Positions 8,147 to 19,322 of a DNA stretch of 64,000 bases are shown piece after piece. Every line of letters starts with the position of its first letter. Positions within the stretch are counted from its first letter, which is position 1. The stretch covers positions 96,001-160,000 of IMG/VR virus record IMGVR_UViG_3300032038_000001; one strand, 5' to 3'. The position numbers and the translations under genes were made by a program. The DNA comes from a virus. Taxonomy: Duplodnaviria; Caudoviricetes. A model generated the notes under the pieces. That model did no database searches. It was not told where the DNA came from and worked only from the letters and a program-made list of their open reading frames with translations.

Positions 8147-10996
8147 TTATAATAACATTGAGTCTACATCAATTTGTCTGGATTTTACTAAGTTTTCATG
8201 GAATTTTTTCATTCCTAAACGTTTGGTAGTTTCAGCAGGACGGGAACATAATAAACCTATATTAATTTTACCAAGTTTATAATAGAAGTCACCTGCACAT
8301 TTGTTACACAGGCATTTAGTATTTCCATATCCTACACAGAACATGGGGCTTCTTAATTTAACAGTTTTGCCGATATATTTAGGAAGTACCTCGTTTGTCA
8401 AACAAATAAGTTTTGAACCTTCAATAATATATCTATATGCAAAATCGTCATAACCTTTTTGAGGTATAGTAATAGTTAAATATCCTAAACTTCCACAATC
8501 TGAATCTTTAGGTCCTAATACTTCTGCTTGCATTGCAGAGATAAGTTCTTTTGAAAGATAACCAGATACTGCTGTACCCTTTGCTTTAGGATAAGCTCCT
8601 CCAATAATTTCATTAGAGTGTGCAGGAATATCTTTTTTATCAAGACCATCAAGTAATGCATTAGTTAGAATATTAAATCCACCATACATTTCATTTTTAA
8701 TTGCACCTCTCATAAGGTACATGTTTTTATAGTTATTACCTATTGAACCACGAGCACCAGACACATAAAGATCCATACCAATATCATCTTTAAGAGCTTC
8801 TTTTGTTTTAGCAATAAGTTCTTTTTCAATGAGCTCAGATGCTTTCGGGTCTCCATTAGCGAGTTCATTTTTATACTTTTCTAAGAGCTCCTTTTTCAGT
8901 TTCTTTACTTCGGGTGGAACTTTAAGAATTGTTGGTGTAAATGATGTTGTTATTACTGCATGAAATTGGAGACCTAACCAGTCACGCATATCTGTATATT
9001 TATACATCTGATCAACTGTTATTTTGTCATCTTTTAATCCTGCAGTTATAGTATTTTCTACTTTTCCAAATCCACCATCATCAAGTACGTAATTGACATA
9101 TCCAAGTATATTTCCTAATCCAACTTCTTCAATCATTAATTTATTAAAAATAAATCTACCTAAAGTTGTTTTTGTAGGACTTGATACTAATGGATATTCA
9201 CTTGGAGTTATTGTTAATATATCAGTACATGAATATTTTGATTTACTTGCTTTTATAGGTTTTTTAACTTTTTCTTCAGGTTTCGTAGTTTCTACTGTTT
9301 CAATATTAACAGTATTACCAAACCACTCAACTAATTTAGAAAAAGTTATATCACCGGGTTTTAATGAAGTGAAGTATTCGGCATCTTCATTACTAAGGAC
9401 TCTATCAGAAGATTTTGGCTCTTTAGTCATTGTGTAGAATGTCTGTATAGCCTCATTTTCAACTTTACGTATATTTTTACCAGAAGCATTTATAAAGTAC
9501 GATTTACTATTCATAGCACGTCTACATTCTTCATTAGCTTCCTGAGTAAAAACAATTTTAACAGTCGTTTGGTCACCATCATAGTCGCCATCGAGTCCAG
9601 GTAAATATGAATTCGAGAACTGGACAGAATCAATGAATTTACTAGCCATTTTATCTGCGGGAACATCAAATTCTATACTTGGATACCACGGATATACTTG
9701 GCCATTGTATGAAGCTACAATAGTCTTTGTTGTTGATACTACTCTTATTTTTGCTAAGAATATACCAAACTCATCAAGTAGAGGATAACGTGTTACAAGA
9801 CAGTATTTATCTTTTGTAACATCATACGCAGCCATATATAAAATATCTGTCCATGTCAGATATCTATTAGCTTGTGTTGCTAACTCTACTTGAGTGTTAG
9901 GATCTAATATTTTTCCTTTAAATCTTAAATAACCTTTTTTATTAGTACCTTCTAATGGAACTTCAATCTTATTAAATCTTGACTCAGGGTCTTTGATATA
10001 GAGATCAATCATTTTCTTAAAATATTTTTCGTTAAATGTTGATGACGGATCTTTTAACTTAACTAAGCCAGTATCAGCATTGTTAAAACCATATACAGCA
10101 TTTGCTATTTGACTATTGTCAATAACCTCTCTCTCAAAAAAGTTTTTGACCCAATACATAATAAATGGATACGCCAAGCTACAAACTTGTGATATAGGAA
10201 TTGCTGCATGTCTGAAATCAGTTAACATGTCTTCAGGTCTTTCAGCATGAAACGTGGGTGCTGTTATAACAGTACGTGTACAATAGTCAACGTTTCTTCC
10301 TAATAAGTATTTACGTAGTAATCCATTTTTCTTTTCAAGCTTTGTTTTAAAATAATCATATATTTCAACAAGAGTATTCTGTATATTAAAATTAGTAGCA
10401 CTAAACTGGAAATCAAAGACATCTTTATCTTTAACAAGATTGGTATATCTAATTAATTGCGAATATAATTGATTTATATTTCCAGTTTCACCGCTACCAC
10501 TTTTACTATATGTTACATCTCTATAAAAAGCAGGTATTACTAAGCAATAATGAATAAATATTTCATTTTTTTTACTTTTGGTAATAAGGTCAATTCTTTC
10601 ATTACGCATGCCTTGTTCTATAGAGTATTCCCATTTTATTTTATTCCAGTTATTATAAAGGAAATCTAAACCAGTATCTCCATTATCATCTTTTACAAGT
10701 CTTCCATCCTTATCAATAGAATAATACTCCTCACCGTTTATAATTCTTTCTACATTTCTATACAAACGTTTCAATGCTTTATAAATATGAGGATGAAAAA
10801 AATAACCATGAAGATTGATATATGCAAAAGTTTCTTTTCTGGATTTTGTTGTTATTCCAAAAATTTCATTAGATATTAATCCATTTGGATGAGGTATACC
10901 TCCTCTTTGAAATAAAACACCAGATGTAACTTCTTGTAGATGATTCAATTCAATGAATTCTTCCATATTGAATAAATCAATTTTCAAATTTATCAC
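8147..10996 (-). CDS. multisubunit RNA polymerase beta'-like subunit, probably virion RNAP
   Basis: LLGRNVDYCTRTVI, TRYP, catalytic DGDYDGD, SGARGS, GTAVSGYLSKEL, DSDCGS, LRSPMFC..CNKCAG, trigger-helix-like LGMKKFH; late-type promoter at 11015-11026. Confidence 0.9.
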   Translation of the reverse strand: MINLKIDLFNMEEFIELNHLQEVTSGVLFQRGGIPHPNGLISNEIFGITTKSRKETFAYINLHGYFFHPHIYKALKRLYRNVERIINGEEYYSIDKDGRLVKDDNGDTGLDFLYNNWNKIKWEYSIEQGMRNERIDLITKSKKNEIFIHYCLVIPAFYRDVTYSKSGSGETGNINQLYSQLIRYTNLVKDKDVFDFQFSATNFNIQNTLVEIYDYFKTKLEKKNGLLRKYLLGRNVDYCTRTVITAPTFHAERPEDMLTDFRHAAIPISQVCSLAYPFIMYWVKNFFEREVIDNSQIANAVYGFNNADTGLVKLKDPSSTFNEKYFKKMIDLYIKDPESRFNKIEVPLEGTNKKGYLRFKGKILDPNTQVELATQANRYLTWTDILYMAAYDVTKDKYCLVTRYPLLDEFGIFLAKIRVVSTTKTIVASYNGQVYPWYPSIEFDVPADKMASKFIDSVQFSNSYLPGLDGDYDGDQTTVKIVFTQEANEECRRAMNSKSYFINASGKNIRKVENEAIQTFYTMTKEPKSSDRVLSNEDAEYFTSLKPGDITFSKLVEWFGNTVNIETVETTKPEEKVKKPIKASKSKYSCTDILTITPSEYPLVSSPTKTTLGRFIFNKLMIEEVGLGNILGYVNYVLDDGGFGKVENTITAGLKDDKITVDQMYKYTDMRDWLGLQFHAVITTSFTPTILKVPPEVKKLKKELLEKYKNELANGDPKASELIEKELIAKTKEALKDDIGMDLYVSGARGSIGNNYKNMYLMRGAIKNEMYGGFNILTNALLDGLDKKDIPAHSNEIIGGAYPKAKGTAVSGYLSKELISAMQAEVLGPKDSDCGSLGYLTITIPQKGYDDFAYRYIIEGSKLICLTNEVLPKYIGKTVKLRSPMFCVGYGNTKCLCNKCAGDFYYKLGKINIGLLCSRPAETTKRLGMKKFHENLVKSRQIDVDSMLL

Positions 10997-11014
10997 ATCC
11001 TTTATATTAAATAT

Positions 11015-11026
11015 TAACCTATTGTT
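11015..11026 (-). promoter_or_regulatory. putative late (non-virion RNAP) promoter AACA-N6-TA
   Basis: AACAATAGGTTA; the same pattern recurs upstream of many genes (~4749, 13120, 17655, 17683, 20700, 25886, 31075, 37811, 40937, 44265, 60390, 60432, 63175, 63212); matches the AR9 late consensus. Confidence 0.65.
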
Positions 11027-11076
11027 TTTAATGGGTATTTTTAGAAACAGACAAATATATAAATATTTTTTTAGAA

Positions 11077-12435
11077 ATGAGGGTAATGATAGATATGTTT
11101 AATAATGACTTATTTACTGAAGCATATTCAGGTAAAACTAAGACTCTTTTGAAAATAGAAAAACTTTTGGATGATATGTGTAATAGAATGAAAGTAGACC
11201 CGGATGCTGACTATACCAATTCGTTTGAAAATAAGCAAATCTGTAATCTTTTTAAAGAACAATTTGGATTTAAAAATGTATATATAATTTGGAAAAGAAC
11301 TCCTAGAATGGCTCCCAATGCATTTACATTAATGAGCGTTAATGTATTATGGAGAGATAAAGGAAAATTCTATGATAAGAACAAAAAAAATTTTTATGAT
11401 AAACAACATAAACATACAGTATATATTGAAGTATCACAATCAATGGCTAGAGATATAGACTTGAGTGGTGCTGAATATTTAGCTATAATTTTACATGAAA
11501 TTGGACATAATTTTGATACAAGCCCTTATATGGTAATTTCTGTAATATTTACTTGGATTAAATTATTGGCTGAGGTTATAACCAAAACTGTTATAATAGA
11601 TCCTGAAACACAAGAGGAAATAGTCATGAAGGGAATCAATCCTCAAGCAATTTTATCAATGGTAGTTAATACTAATCCAGGTAAAACCGTTTATGGATCA
11701 ATTCAACAAGCATTTGAATACATCAAGGATAAATTTAAACCTATAAAAAGATTTATGTCATTTTTAAGGATGATAACCAGTGAATTATATAAAGCTATAG
11801 TAAAAGTTACTACTCCTATTTTAATAGTTCCTCAGACTATAATGTATGGTATATTAAGTCCTGTATATCATTTAATGACTGTTCCGACACGTAAAACAGA
11901 AATATATGCTGATTCATTTGCATTATATTATGGCTATAGTGTTGAACTTTCCAGGGCACTTGATAAACTTACTGACGGACTAATGATACGTAATAGTAAA
12001 GGAAAAGTTGTTGATCTCACTGGTATTAACAGGGTACTTACAGATATTGCCATGACACAATATTATTTAACACTGGTTCTTATTGGTGCAGACCACGGGT
12101 CTAATGAAACACGTTTATTAACAAATATGAAAATTATTGAAAAAGAATTAAACGAAAATAAATATCCACCCGAAGTAGAAAAAGATCTGAGAAATCAGAT
12201 AAATGGATTAAAAGAAGTATATAGTGTATTTAAATCTGGAGGGGAACAATCATTAACTCTTTTAGGTGGTGCACGTGAAATAGTTGAATCAATATTTGGG
12301 GGAAGATCTGATTATATAGCTAAGTTTTTCCCATCATATATTGCAACTAAAAATGATGAACCTTTAAATTTAGAAGAATCTACTAATACAGAAATCGATG
12401 ATATAATTGATTCAATTATATCAAATGATGAGTAA
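11077..12435 (+). CDS. HExxH zinc-peptidase-like probable virion protein
   Basis: AIILHEIGHNF and EIYADSFA; N-terminal LFTE|A putative maturation site. Confidence 0.7.
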   Translation: MRVMIDMFNNDLFTEAYSGKTKTLLKIEKLLDDMCNRMKVDPDADYTNSFENKQICNLFKEQFGFKNVYIIWKRTPRMAPNAFTLMSVNVLWRDKGKFYDKNKKNFYDKQHKHTVYIEVSQSMARDIDLSGAEYLAIILHEIGHNFDTSPYMVISVIFTWIKLLAEVITKTVIIDPETQEEIVMKGINPQAILSMVVNTNPGKTVYGSIQQAFEYIKDKFKPIKRFMSFLRMITSELYKAIVKVTTPILIVPQTIMYGILSPVYHLMTVPTRKTEIYADSFALYYGYSVELSRALDKLTDGLMIRNSKGKVVDLTGINRVLTDIAMTQYYLTLVLIGADHGSNETRLLTNMKIIEKELNENKYPPEVEKDLRNQINGLKEVYSVFKSGGEQSLTLLGGAREIVESIFGGRSDYIAKFFPSYIATKNDEPLNLEESTNTEIDDIIDSIISNDE

Positions 12436-12481
12436 ATAAAAAAGAATCTGATACTTATCGTTAGTATCAGATTCTTTATTG

Positions 12482-13081
12482 TCATGTATTAGAAGAAGGA
12501 TTATGTGGCATAGCTCTCATCTCAACCATTAGATTAGCGATAAATGAGTCACCATTTTCTTGTAGGTATTTTTGATATCTATCCTCAAGTGCTTGTAAGA
12601 CATATACTTCAATATATCCTTTTGCTTGACTATCATAATATTGCAGGGTGATAAAAGATCGTATGCTTTCTTTATCGGATTCTATCAATAAATTCATGTT
12701 AGAATGGACTACATCTATTTTTGTATTTATTTGCTCTTGTTTTTCTTCGTATTTTGTCATCCTCGTTATTATTGCTTGATCTTTTTCTTCACTTAATTCT
12801 TTAAATTCACTCATCTTTGTATTAATATCGGTAATAGTACTATTAAAATTAGCAGACATATCTCTTACACTTTGAGCAAGTTCTAACATTTCATCTTTAA
12901 ATTCAGTATTATCGCGACTTTCATTTGCCTTTTGTAATATTTCAGCATCATGTTCAGCTATTTGTTTTTTTAATGTTTTATAAGCCTTAAGTATAAAACC
13001 ACCACAAACAACAATAACCGATAGAGCTATACCGAGCCCTGGAGCGACTGAATTCATAAAATCAATAAATGTTCCCTCCAT
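12482..13081 (-). CDS. N-terminally anchored coiled-coil protein, holin-like family of Firmicutes phages
   Basis: one TM helix, coiled coil, C-terminal KGYI..LEDRYQKY..NGDSFI..M. Confidence 0.55.
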   Translation of the reverse strand: MEGTFIDFMNSVAPGLGIALSVIVVCGGFILKAYKTLKKQIAEHDAEILQKANESRDNTEFKDEMLELAQSVRDMSANFNSTITDINTKMSEFKELSEEKDQAIITRMTKYEEKQEQINTKIDVVHSNMNLLIESDKESIRSFITLQYYDSQAKGYIEVYVLQALEDRYQKYLQENGDSFIANLMVEMRAMPHNPSSNT

Positions 13082-13266
13082 AATTCATATACCCTCCTTA
13101 GGTAGAAAAATGTATTATTATTGAATTGTTTTTATATGACTACAAGCTACTCAATAATTATAAATATATACAACATATAAATAAGGTTTTTTTATTATGC
13201 ACTAATTTTTCGTCCTTCCTGTGAAAATAATGTGATAGCAAAATAATTTGCTATCACATTATTTTT

Positions 13267-15897
13267 TTACTTCCTATTAATATCGAGATAATTGGCTAAA
13301 TAATACTTATCTTCTCGGTTTTTATTAAACCCAAGATCAATTATATCAACTGGATATGATGAGAACATGTCGTTATGAGTTATTAGAAAACTTTGTTCAG
13401 AACCAATTCTATCTATTTGATTTTCCAGTATTCTTATAAATTTTTCTCTGTTCTTTATATCTAATGGTCCATCAATTTCATCTAATAGCATTATATTATA
13501 TTTACTTAATGTTTGTGATGCTAAACCGAATGATAGTGCTATTGATAAGAAACTCAATTCTCCTTGTGATGCATATTTAACATCGTTTATTAACTCTCCT
13601 CTATTATAAAAGGGAATTGAAAACTCGGTAGGAGTAATTTTAAAATCGTCCAGATATATTTGACCATTAAAGGCTATATCCAATAATTCATTTGTTATTT
13701 CAACAGTATTACCAAGATAGCTTTTTATATAGTATAATGGCATTCCTTTTTTCGATGACAATGCCTCTTTGGTTAATGTCATTTCATCAAATTTTATATT
13801 GTATAAATCTAATTCTTTTTTAATAGAATCATATTGATCAATATTTGATTGTAATTTTTGTATTTCAGATGATAAGGTATCGATACTAAATTTAACTTTA
13901 TCAATATCACGTTCACATTCTCTAGCATTATCTCTGTTTTTTATATAAGAATTATAGTCATTAAAAAGTTTTTCATAAAGAGCTTCTAACTCATCATGTT
14001 TTTCGAAAGTTTCTTTCAAATCATTATATGTCTCAATCGTATTTGTATCATCTTTGATTCTCTCAGATAATTTTGATATTATCTTTTTAAGATCTATAAT
14101 CTGTTCTTGATATTCATTTATTTGATTACTAATGGATTCCATTTGTTCTGATATATATTTAAAGTTAGATGTCTTTTCATATCTTGATATGGATTTTTCA
14201 AGTTCTACCATTTTACTAGTTAACGATACATAATTATCATATTCTGTTACGGTTGAGAGAACATCATTCATTGCAGTTTCATTAAATATCCGAGTGCATG
14301 CTGCGATTGAATTGTAGATATTTACTGTTTTAAAATCATTTTGTATACTGGGTGGTAATCTCTCTATTATAGATTTATAATCTGCAAATGAAAGTAATAC
14401 ATCTCTTATATTTTGATATGCATATTCCATATCTTTATAAAAAGATAAATCTTTTTTAGACTCATGTTCAACTTCACTATTCTCGAGTAAATTCTTTACT
14501 TGAATCCATAACTGTTTTGCTTCACACTTATCATTATTACAGTTTTCAAATATTTTAGTATCATTAACTGTACTCATTCTTCTGGAGACAGTTTTTAAAA
14601 ACAACATCTGACTATCTTCATCAGAGTCTAAACCCATAATATGAGTATTTATATATTGTATCACATTACGATTATCTTGTAATAATGAAATAATCTTCGA
14701 CACAACTTTTTTTCCAAATTCATAAGTTTTATCAAGTTTATTTTGTGTATTTTTTATAAATACATAAAATTTATCAAATTCATCTTTGGTGAAATCATAG
14801 TTATATTCACCTAATAAAATTTCTATTGACGCTATTTTTTCTGTTAATTTTCTACGTTCCTCGATTAGAGATTGAAGTTCTTTGTCATTATTCTCCTCTT
14901 TTTGATATTGTACTTCAAGACTACGGTGTTGTTCCTGAAGTTGATTAAGTGTAGATAAATGATTTTGAATTAATATATTAGAGGAATCGATTTGTGCTTG
15001 ATTGCGTATATTTTGCTTTTCCAATTCAATGATTTTAGATGCATAAAAAGAAGCATCTGTTGATTCTAAATCATTAGCATTTTCGAGAATTTTATTCATT
15101 TTATCTAATTTCTTTAATGTACTAGATAACCTATCTTTTAGTGTTGCAGTATCTTCTATTTTTTCTATTTCATGATTATATATTGATAAAAGACCTGATA
15201 ATTTACCAAACTTTTCTTGCTCTTCTTCAACTCGTGCTTTCAAAATAACCAAACGTTGTTTTGCCTCTTTTTTATCTTGTATACCTAATTTATTCATTTT
15301 ATCAACCAAATGTGATATCATCGCTTTTACTTGAATTAGGTCATTATTAATTTTTTTATAATATGAGAGAAAAATTCCTATTTCATCAAGAAGTTTACTC
15401 ATGAAAGTTTTACGTTCAGTTTCTGTTAGGTTTATCATCGAGGTAACGTTACTACCTATTCTTATAAGTTTAAGATGATCTGGTTCGATACCTAACTCTA
15501 TTCTTACAAGTTCTTTAAATGATGTAACATTTCCATTCTCATTTAATTCATTACCATTTTTAGATATATAAGATTTAACGGAATGATTTTTATTAGTTTC
15601 TTTATGAGCTTTATATATATGCTTAATTATATAATAATCATTATTATAAGAGATATGGATTTCTTTATATCCATCTAGACCTGAAAGTATAAGATTTAAA
15701 CTATCACGTACGTCTAAATTTCCTACACCTGCAAATGGATGGAGTAGACTTAATATGGTAGTCTTACCCGAACCATTTGGTCCAATAAGTAAACAAACTT
15801 TATTCATTGTATTACTAAAATCAATACTGAATTCATTACAGTCCATTGCATTCTTTATAGCTGCAAAGTTTTTAAATATAATTTTTTCAATTTTCAT
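13267..15897 (-). CDS. SbcC/Rad50-like SMC ATPase
   Basis: GPNGSGKT, long coiled coil, ASQGE signature, MLLDEIDGPLD, LITH; start set at MKIEK after RBS gaaagga. Confidence 0.9.
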   Translation of the reverse strand: MKIEKIIFKNFAAIKNAMDCNEFSIDFSNTMNKVCLLIGPNGSGKTTILSLLHPFAGVGNLDVRDSLNLILSGLDGYKEIHISYNNDYYIIKHIYKAHKETNKNHSVKSYISKNGNELNENGNVTSFKELVRIELGIEPDHLKLIRIGSNVTSMINLTETERKTFMSKLLDEIGIFLSYYKKINNDLIQVKAMISHLVDKMNKLGIQDKKEAKQRLVILKARVEEEQEKFGKLSGLLSIYNHEIEKIEDTATLKDRLSSTLKKLDKMNKILENANDLESTDASFYASKIIELEKQNIRNQAQIDSSNILIQNHLSTLNQLQEQHRSLEVQYQKEENNDKELQSLIEERRKLTEKIASIEILLGEYNYDFTKDEFDKFYVFIKNTQNKLDKTYEFGKKVVSKIISLLQDNRNVIQYINTHIMGLDSDEDSQMLFLKTVSRRMSTVNDTKIFENCNNDKCEAKQLWIQVKNLLENSEVEHESKKDLSFYKDMEYAYQNIRDVLLSFADYKSIIERLPPSIQNDFKTVNIYNSIAACTRIFNETAMNDVLSTVTEYDNYVSLTSKMVELEKSISRYEKTSNFKYISEQMESISNQINEYQEQIIDLKKIISKLSERIKDDTNTIETYNDLKETFEKHDELEALYEKLFNDYNSYIKNRDNARECERDIDKVKFSIDTLSSEIQKLQSNIDQYDSIKKELDLYNIKFDEMTLTKEALSSKKGMPLYYIKSYLGNTVEITNELLDIAFNGQIYLDDFKITPTEFSIPFYNRGELINDVKYASQGELSFLSIALSFGLASQTLSKYNIMLLDEIDGPLDIKNREKFIRILENQIDRIGSEQSFLITHNDMFSSYPVDIIDLGFNKNREDKYYLANYLDINRK

Positions 15898-15931
15898 AAA
15901 AATATTCCTTTCATTATAAAAGTCATTATTT

Positions 15932-16171
15932 TTAAGTTTTTTCAATAATATAAACATATAAATAACTCATATTTGTTCGTTTTTTTAAAATTCCAAGTTT
16001 TGACGTTAGAATATTCATATATGTTGGATACACCTCCACATATAATCTATTATGATTATAAGCTAACTTAAAAAATTTCCATCTAACGTTAGGCTTGTTA
16101 TTATATATGCCCAGCGGTATAATGACTGCAACTTTAACTAACTCTTTGACCGCACTGCTCAAAACGATCAC
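15932..16171 (-). CDS. hypothetical protein, possibly the 3' part of a frameshifted gene starting at 16245
   Basis: ORF track; upstream RBS and ATG at 16245 are in another frame across an A6 run. Confidence 0.4.
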   Translation of the reverse strand: MIVLSSAVKELVKVAVIIPLGIYNNKPNVRWKFFKLAYNHNRLYVEVYPTYMNILTSKLGILKKRTNMSYLYVYIIEKT

Positions 16172-16303
16172 TTTAGTTATTGGCTTAATTGCAATAACAC
16201 TGTCATTTGTTTTTTGGTCCTCCGATGTACAATATTACAAGTCATTATACTACTCCTAAAAAATTGTGAGAGTGTACTATAAAGTACACTCTCACATGTT
16301 TTT

Positions 16304-17617
16304 TTATTTTAGATTATAAATAGATTTTATCATATCGTTAACATTCTCAACATTTACACATACTAAAATTCTATATGTGTAGTATGGTGATTTATTATTA
16401 AAATATATTGTCATTGTTCTATAATCAATTCTGTAATCAGTATTTTCATGTTGTATTATACCTTGTCTTCGAACTTTTATATCTAAAAATTCAAGTAAAG
16501 GTAAACCGTTATCAAGGTGATATTTTATATTAGCTCTCAGTGAATTATTGAGAAGTTCGTCTATACAAATAGAGTCAAATTCTTTTTCAAGTCTGCACGA
16601 AGCTTTACTAAATAAGTGCCACCCTGGTCTAAGATTTAAATCTTCTCGTGTAAGAACATCTGTAAATACTGGTATAAGTTTATCAGATTCAGCATCAATT
16701 TTAGGAAGTTTGATATTATAGATATTATCATTGAATATGTAATAAAAGCCTGTACTATAGAATTCGAGTCTCATGGAGAATGATACCTGATATTGATTCA
16801 TAATATGACCGTTCTTTTCACCTTCATCCCAACTCAAATCTGAGAACATTGTATCTATATGAGTAGGATAGTATCTATAAAATTCTCTAGTACCACTACT
16901 ACCTTGAAGTTTATATGTGACAGGTGACATTGAGTTTTGTTCAAGATATTGTAAGAATGTTTTAGTGGAATTATCAGCATCAAATAATGGTATACCTGAA
17001 ATATCGGATACTATTTTTAACATTTCTTGTGGAATGTAACTCTCTAAGAACACTGGTTCAAATCTTGAACTATTCCATACAATGGCGTTTTGTAAATAAT
17101 GAACATAATCGATTTGATTCATTAATGTTGAAAATATCATTATTACATCGACATATAATATCGAACGATTTTGTTGATATTTTATTATTAGATCATTCCG
17201 GGGATCCTCAAAGAACGGCTGAAGATTTGTGGCACCTCTAGTATGATATAAATTATACTGTCTCTCTATAAGAGGTGTTCCTTTAAGAAAACGTTCCTCA
17301 TCCTCTGTTCCTATTCTCGGTCTAAAGATTATCATCGGTTTCGTTTTCTTAAGGAATTCATGATTAGTACTTCTTATTTGTCTATGAGCAATTTTTGAAT
17401 TAACATGAATTGTTTTAAACAAATCTTCGGGCATTATGTCAAGAACATGTTTTTGCGCCCATGCTAATACATTACCATATGTATGTGACATACTTGTCAT
17501 CATACTCACAAATCGTTTATTTGGATTATATCTATTATCAAGGACTGATGCATCTACCATATGAAGACGTTTTTCTTCTTCTTCTTTTTCTTTTTGTAAT
17601 CGTTGATATAAATACAT
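16304..17617 (-). CDS. probable virion structural protein
   Basis: 437 aa, RBS aaggag, late-type promoter; no recognised motif. Confidence 0.6.
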   Translation of the reverse strand: MYLYQRLQKEKEEEEKRLHMVDASVLDNRYNPNKRFVSMMTSMSHTYGNVLAWAQKHVLDIMPEDLFKTIHVNSKIAHRQIRSTNHEFLKKTKPMIIFRPRIGTEDEERFLKGTPLIERQYNLYHTRGATNLQPFFEDPRNDLIIKYQQNRSILYVDVIMIFSTLMNQIDYVHYLQNAIVWNSSRFEPVFLESYIPQEMLKIVSDISGIPLFDADNSTKTFLQYLEQNSMSPVTYKLQGSSGTREFYRYYPTHIDTMFSDLSWDEGEKNGHIMNQYQVSFSMRLEFYSTGFYYIFNDNIYNIKLPKIDAESDKLIPVFTDVLTREDLNLRPGWHLFSKASCRLEKEFDSICIDELLNNSLRANIKYHLDNGLPLLEFLDIKVRRQGIIQHENTDYRIDYRTMTIYFNNKSPYYTYRILVCVNVENVNDMIKSIYNLK

Positions 17618-17730
17618 TAAAAATTTCTCCTTTCACTTAAGGATTTGATGTATGTTAGTATTTTGTTTTTGAATGAAAATATAACACTGTATTAATATTT
17701 TATTAGAAAAAATAGAGAGGGGTCATACTA

Positions 17731-18177
17731 ATGAAGAAAAAACTTATTTGTATTCTTGGTGATGAAAAATCAAAGAAATCAGAATTTGTAGCTCAAGCTA
17801 TTAAATATGCAGATAATGAGAATTTCATAATGGACTATGTGATAGACGATAATATCGATTTGGAACATAGGAAGATTTTAAAAATGACTAATCCTAAAGA
17901 AATGAATGATATAATGACAAGTGTAATCAATCAAGACCTTCAAGTTATAGTTATTTTTATAGACAACCCATTTATTAAATTGAGTGACGAGTACAAAAAA
18001 ATTAAAAGAATAATGAAATGTAAAGGATATAATAATAACAAAACCAATAAAATTACTTTTGATTCTTATGGTTTTACATTTATCAACTTACCAATTATAA
18101 GAAAGTATGAAATAAAAAGATTTGTTAACAATTGTAAGAAATTTATTAATAGTAACGCATATAATCCTGAAATATAA
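17731..18177 (+). CDS. hypothetical protein with degenerate NMP-kinase-like N-terminus
   Basis: KKLICILGDEKSKKS resembles a decayed P-loop. Confidence 0.55.
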   Translation: MKKKLICILGDEKSKKSEFVAQAIKYADNENFIMDYVIDDNIDLEHRKILKMTNPKEMNDIMTSVINQDLQVIVIFIDNPFIKLSDEYKKIKRIMKCKGYNNNKTNKITFDSYGFTFINLPIIRKYEIKRFVNNCKKFINSNAYNPEI

Positions 18178-18222
18178 AAAAAAGAGAGTGTGTGAATAAA
18201 TTTATTCACACACTCTTTAATA

Positions 18223-19215
18223 TTAACCAATAAATTTCTTGATATATCTATGGATATATTTATTATCCATGACCCAATCGAGAAAATACAATGCTGAAAT
18301 AGCTGTGGGTATTTCGTCATATTTACTAATGGCATACCTGCTTCTCATTATCGGTTTACTTTTCATAAACGCTTTATAAAGTTCTGGGCGTTTATTAAAT
18401 TTAGTATCTTTTATTGCGTCACCAAGAGCGACCAATATATATTCATTATTGTCATTTATTTTTATCCCCTCAATTTTCTTAAACTTTGGGAGATTTGTTA
18501 AATCATAATCCCCCGATGCTAGAATATAGCTTAACCTGACAATCGTGAATATAACTTTATCATCTTCTCCGGAAGAGAAGAAGAATGATCTCGGTACTAA
18601 TTCGATAAGATCATTCATCGCTTTTATAATAAGGCGGTTTTTATCCTTATTGTTAGAATCTTTTCGCCTATATGATGAATATAAAATATTCTTTAGAAGT
18701 ATATTCCTATATTCATAATCATTAGTTACCTGCCTTATTAGATATATTACATCATCATATATATCTGAAATTTTCTGGTAACTTTCTTCATATTTATTAA
18801 AGTTACCAAACCTATTTTTTGTCATTTTCTCCAATGACCCAGTTATTAAAGACTGTATATAATGACTTAAAACCCTCAATCTAAATGTATAGGTTTTTGG
18901 GTCCATTGTCACATCCCAATGTAATATAGACTGAGACATGAAATTTTCGTCATTGATATTTATTCCATCATCTTTAATAACTAATTCATCATCATTCGTT
19001 GTTTCGAAATACGTATCACGTGGTATACCATTAATATCACATAACACTGTAGCTAAACTTGTTTCCAAATTTGCTGCTGAAATTTCGAATTGGTTTTTTG
19101 GCTCATACCCAATATCATGGTGTTTTAACCTAACACCATTATCTTTATCAAGAATATTACGGTTCTCGATAAACTCTAACATGTCATCCGATATAGCCTG
19201 CTTCTTCTTACTCAT
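18223..19215 (-). CDS. hypothetical protein (early-type promoter)
   Basis: 330 aa; TATATTAT at 19270-19277. Confidence 0.7.
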   Translation of the reverse strand: MSKKKQAISDDMLEFIENRNILDKDNGVRLKHHDIGYEPKNQFEISAANLETSLATVLCDINGIPRDTYFETTNDDELVIKDDGININDENFMSQSILHWDVTMDPKTYTFRLRVLSHYIQSLITGSLEKMTKNRFGNFNKYEESYQKISDIYDDVIYLIRQVTNDYEYRNILLKNILYSSYRRKDSNNKDKNRLIIKAMNDLIELVPRSFFFSSGEDDKVIFTIVRLSYILASGDYDLTNLPKFKKIEGIKINDNNEYILVALGDAIKDTKFNKRPELYKAFMKSKPIMRSRYAISKYDEIPTAISALYFLDWVMDNKYIHRYIKKFIG

Positions 19216-19322
19216 TTAATATCATTCCTTTCATTTATTTTTGATAAGAGTAAAATATTATACATAGTGATAATATATAAATAAAAGAAACGTATGTAGT
19301 TTTATCTACATACGTTTCTTTG

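Noticed and set aside
17731-18177. Functional guanylate/NMP kinase
   Set aside because: The P-loop glycines are lost (GDEKSKKS) and no other kinase motifs are visible
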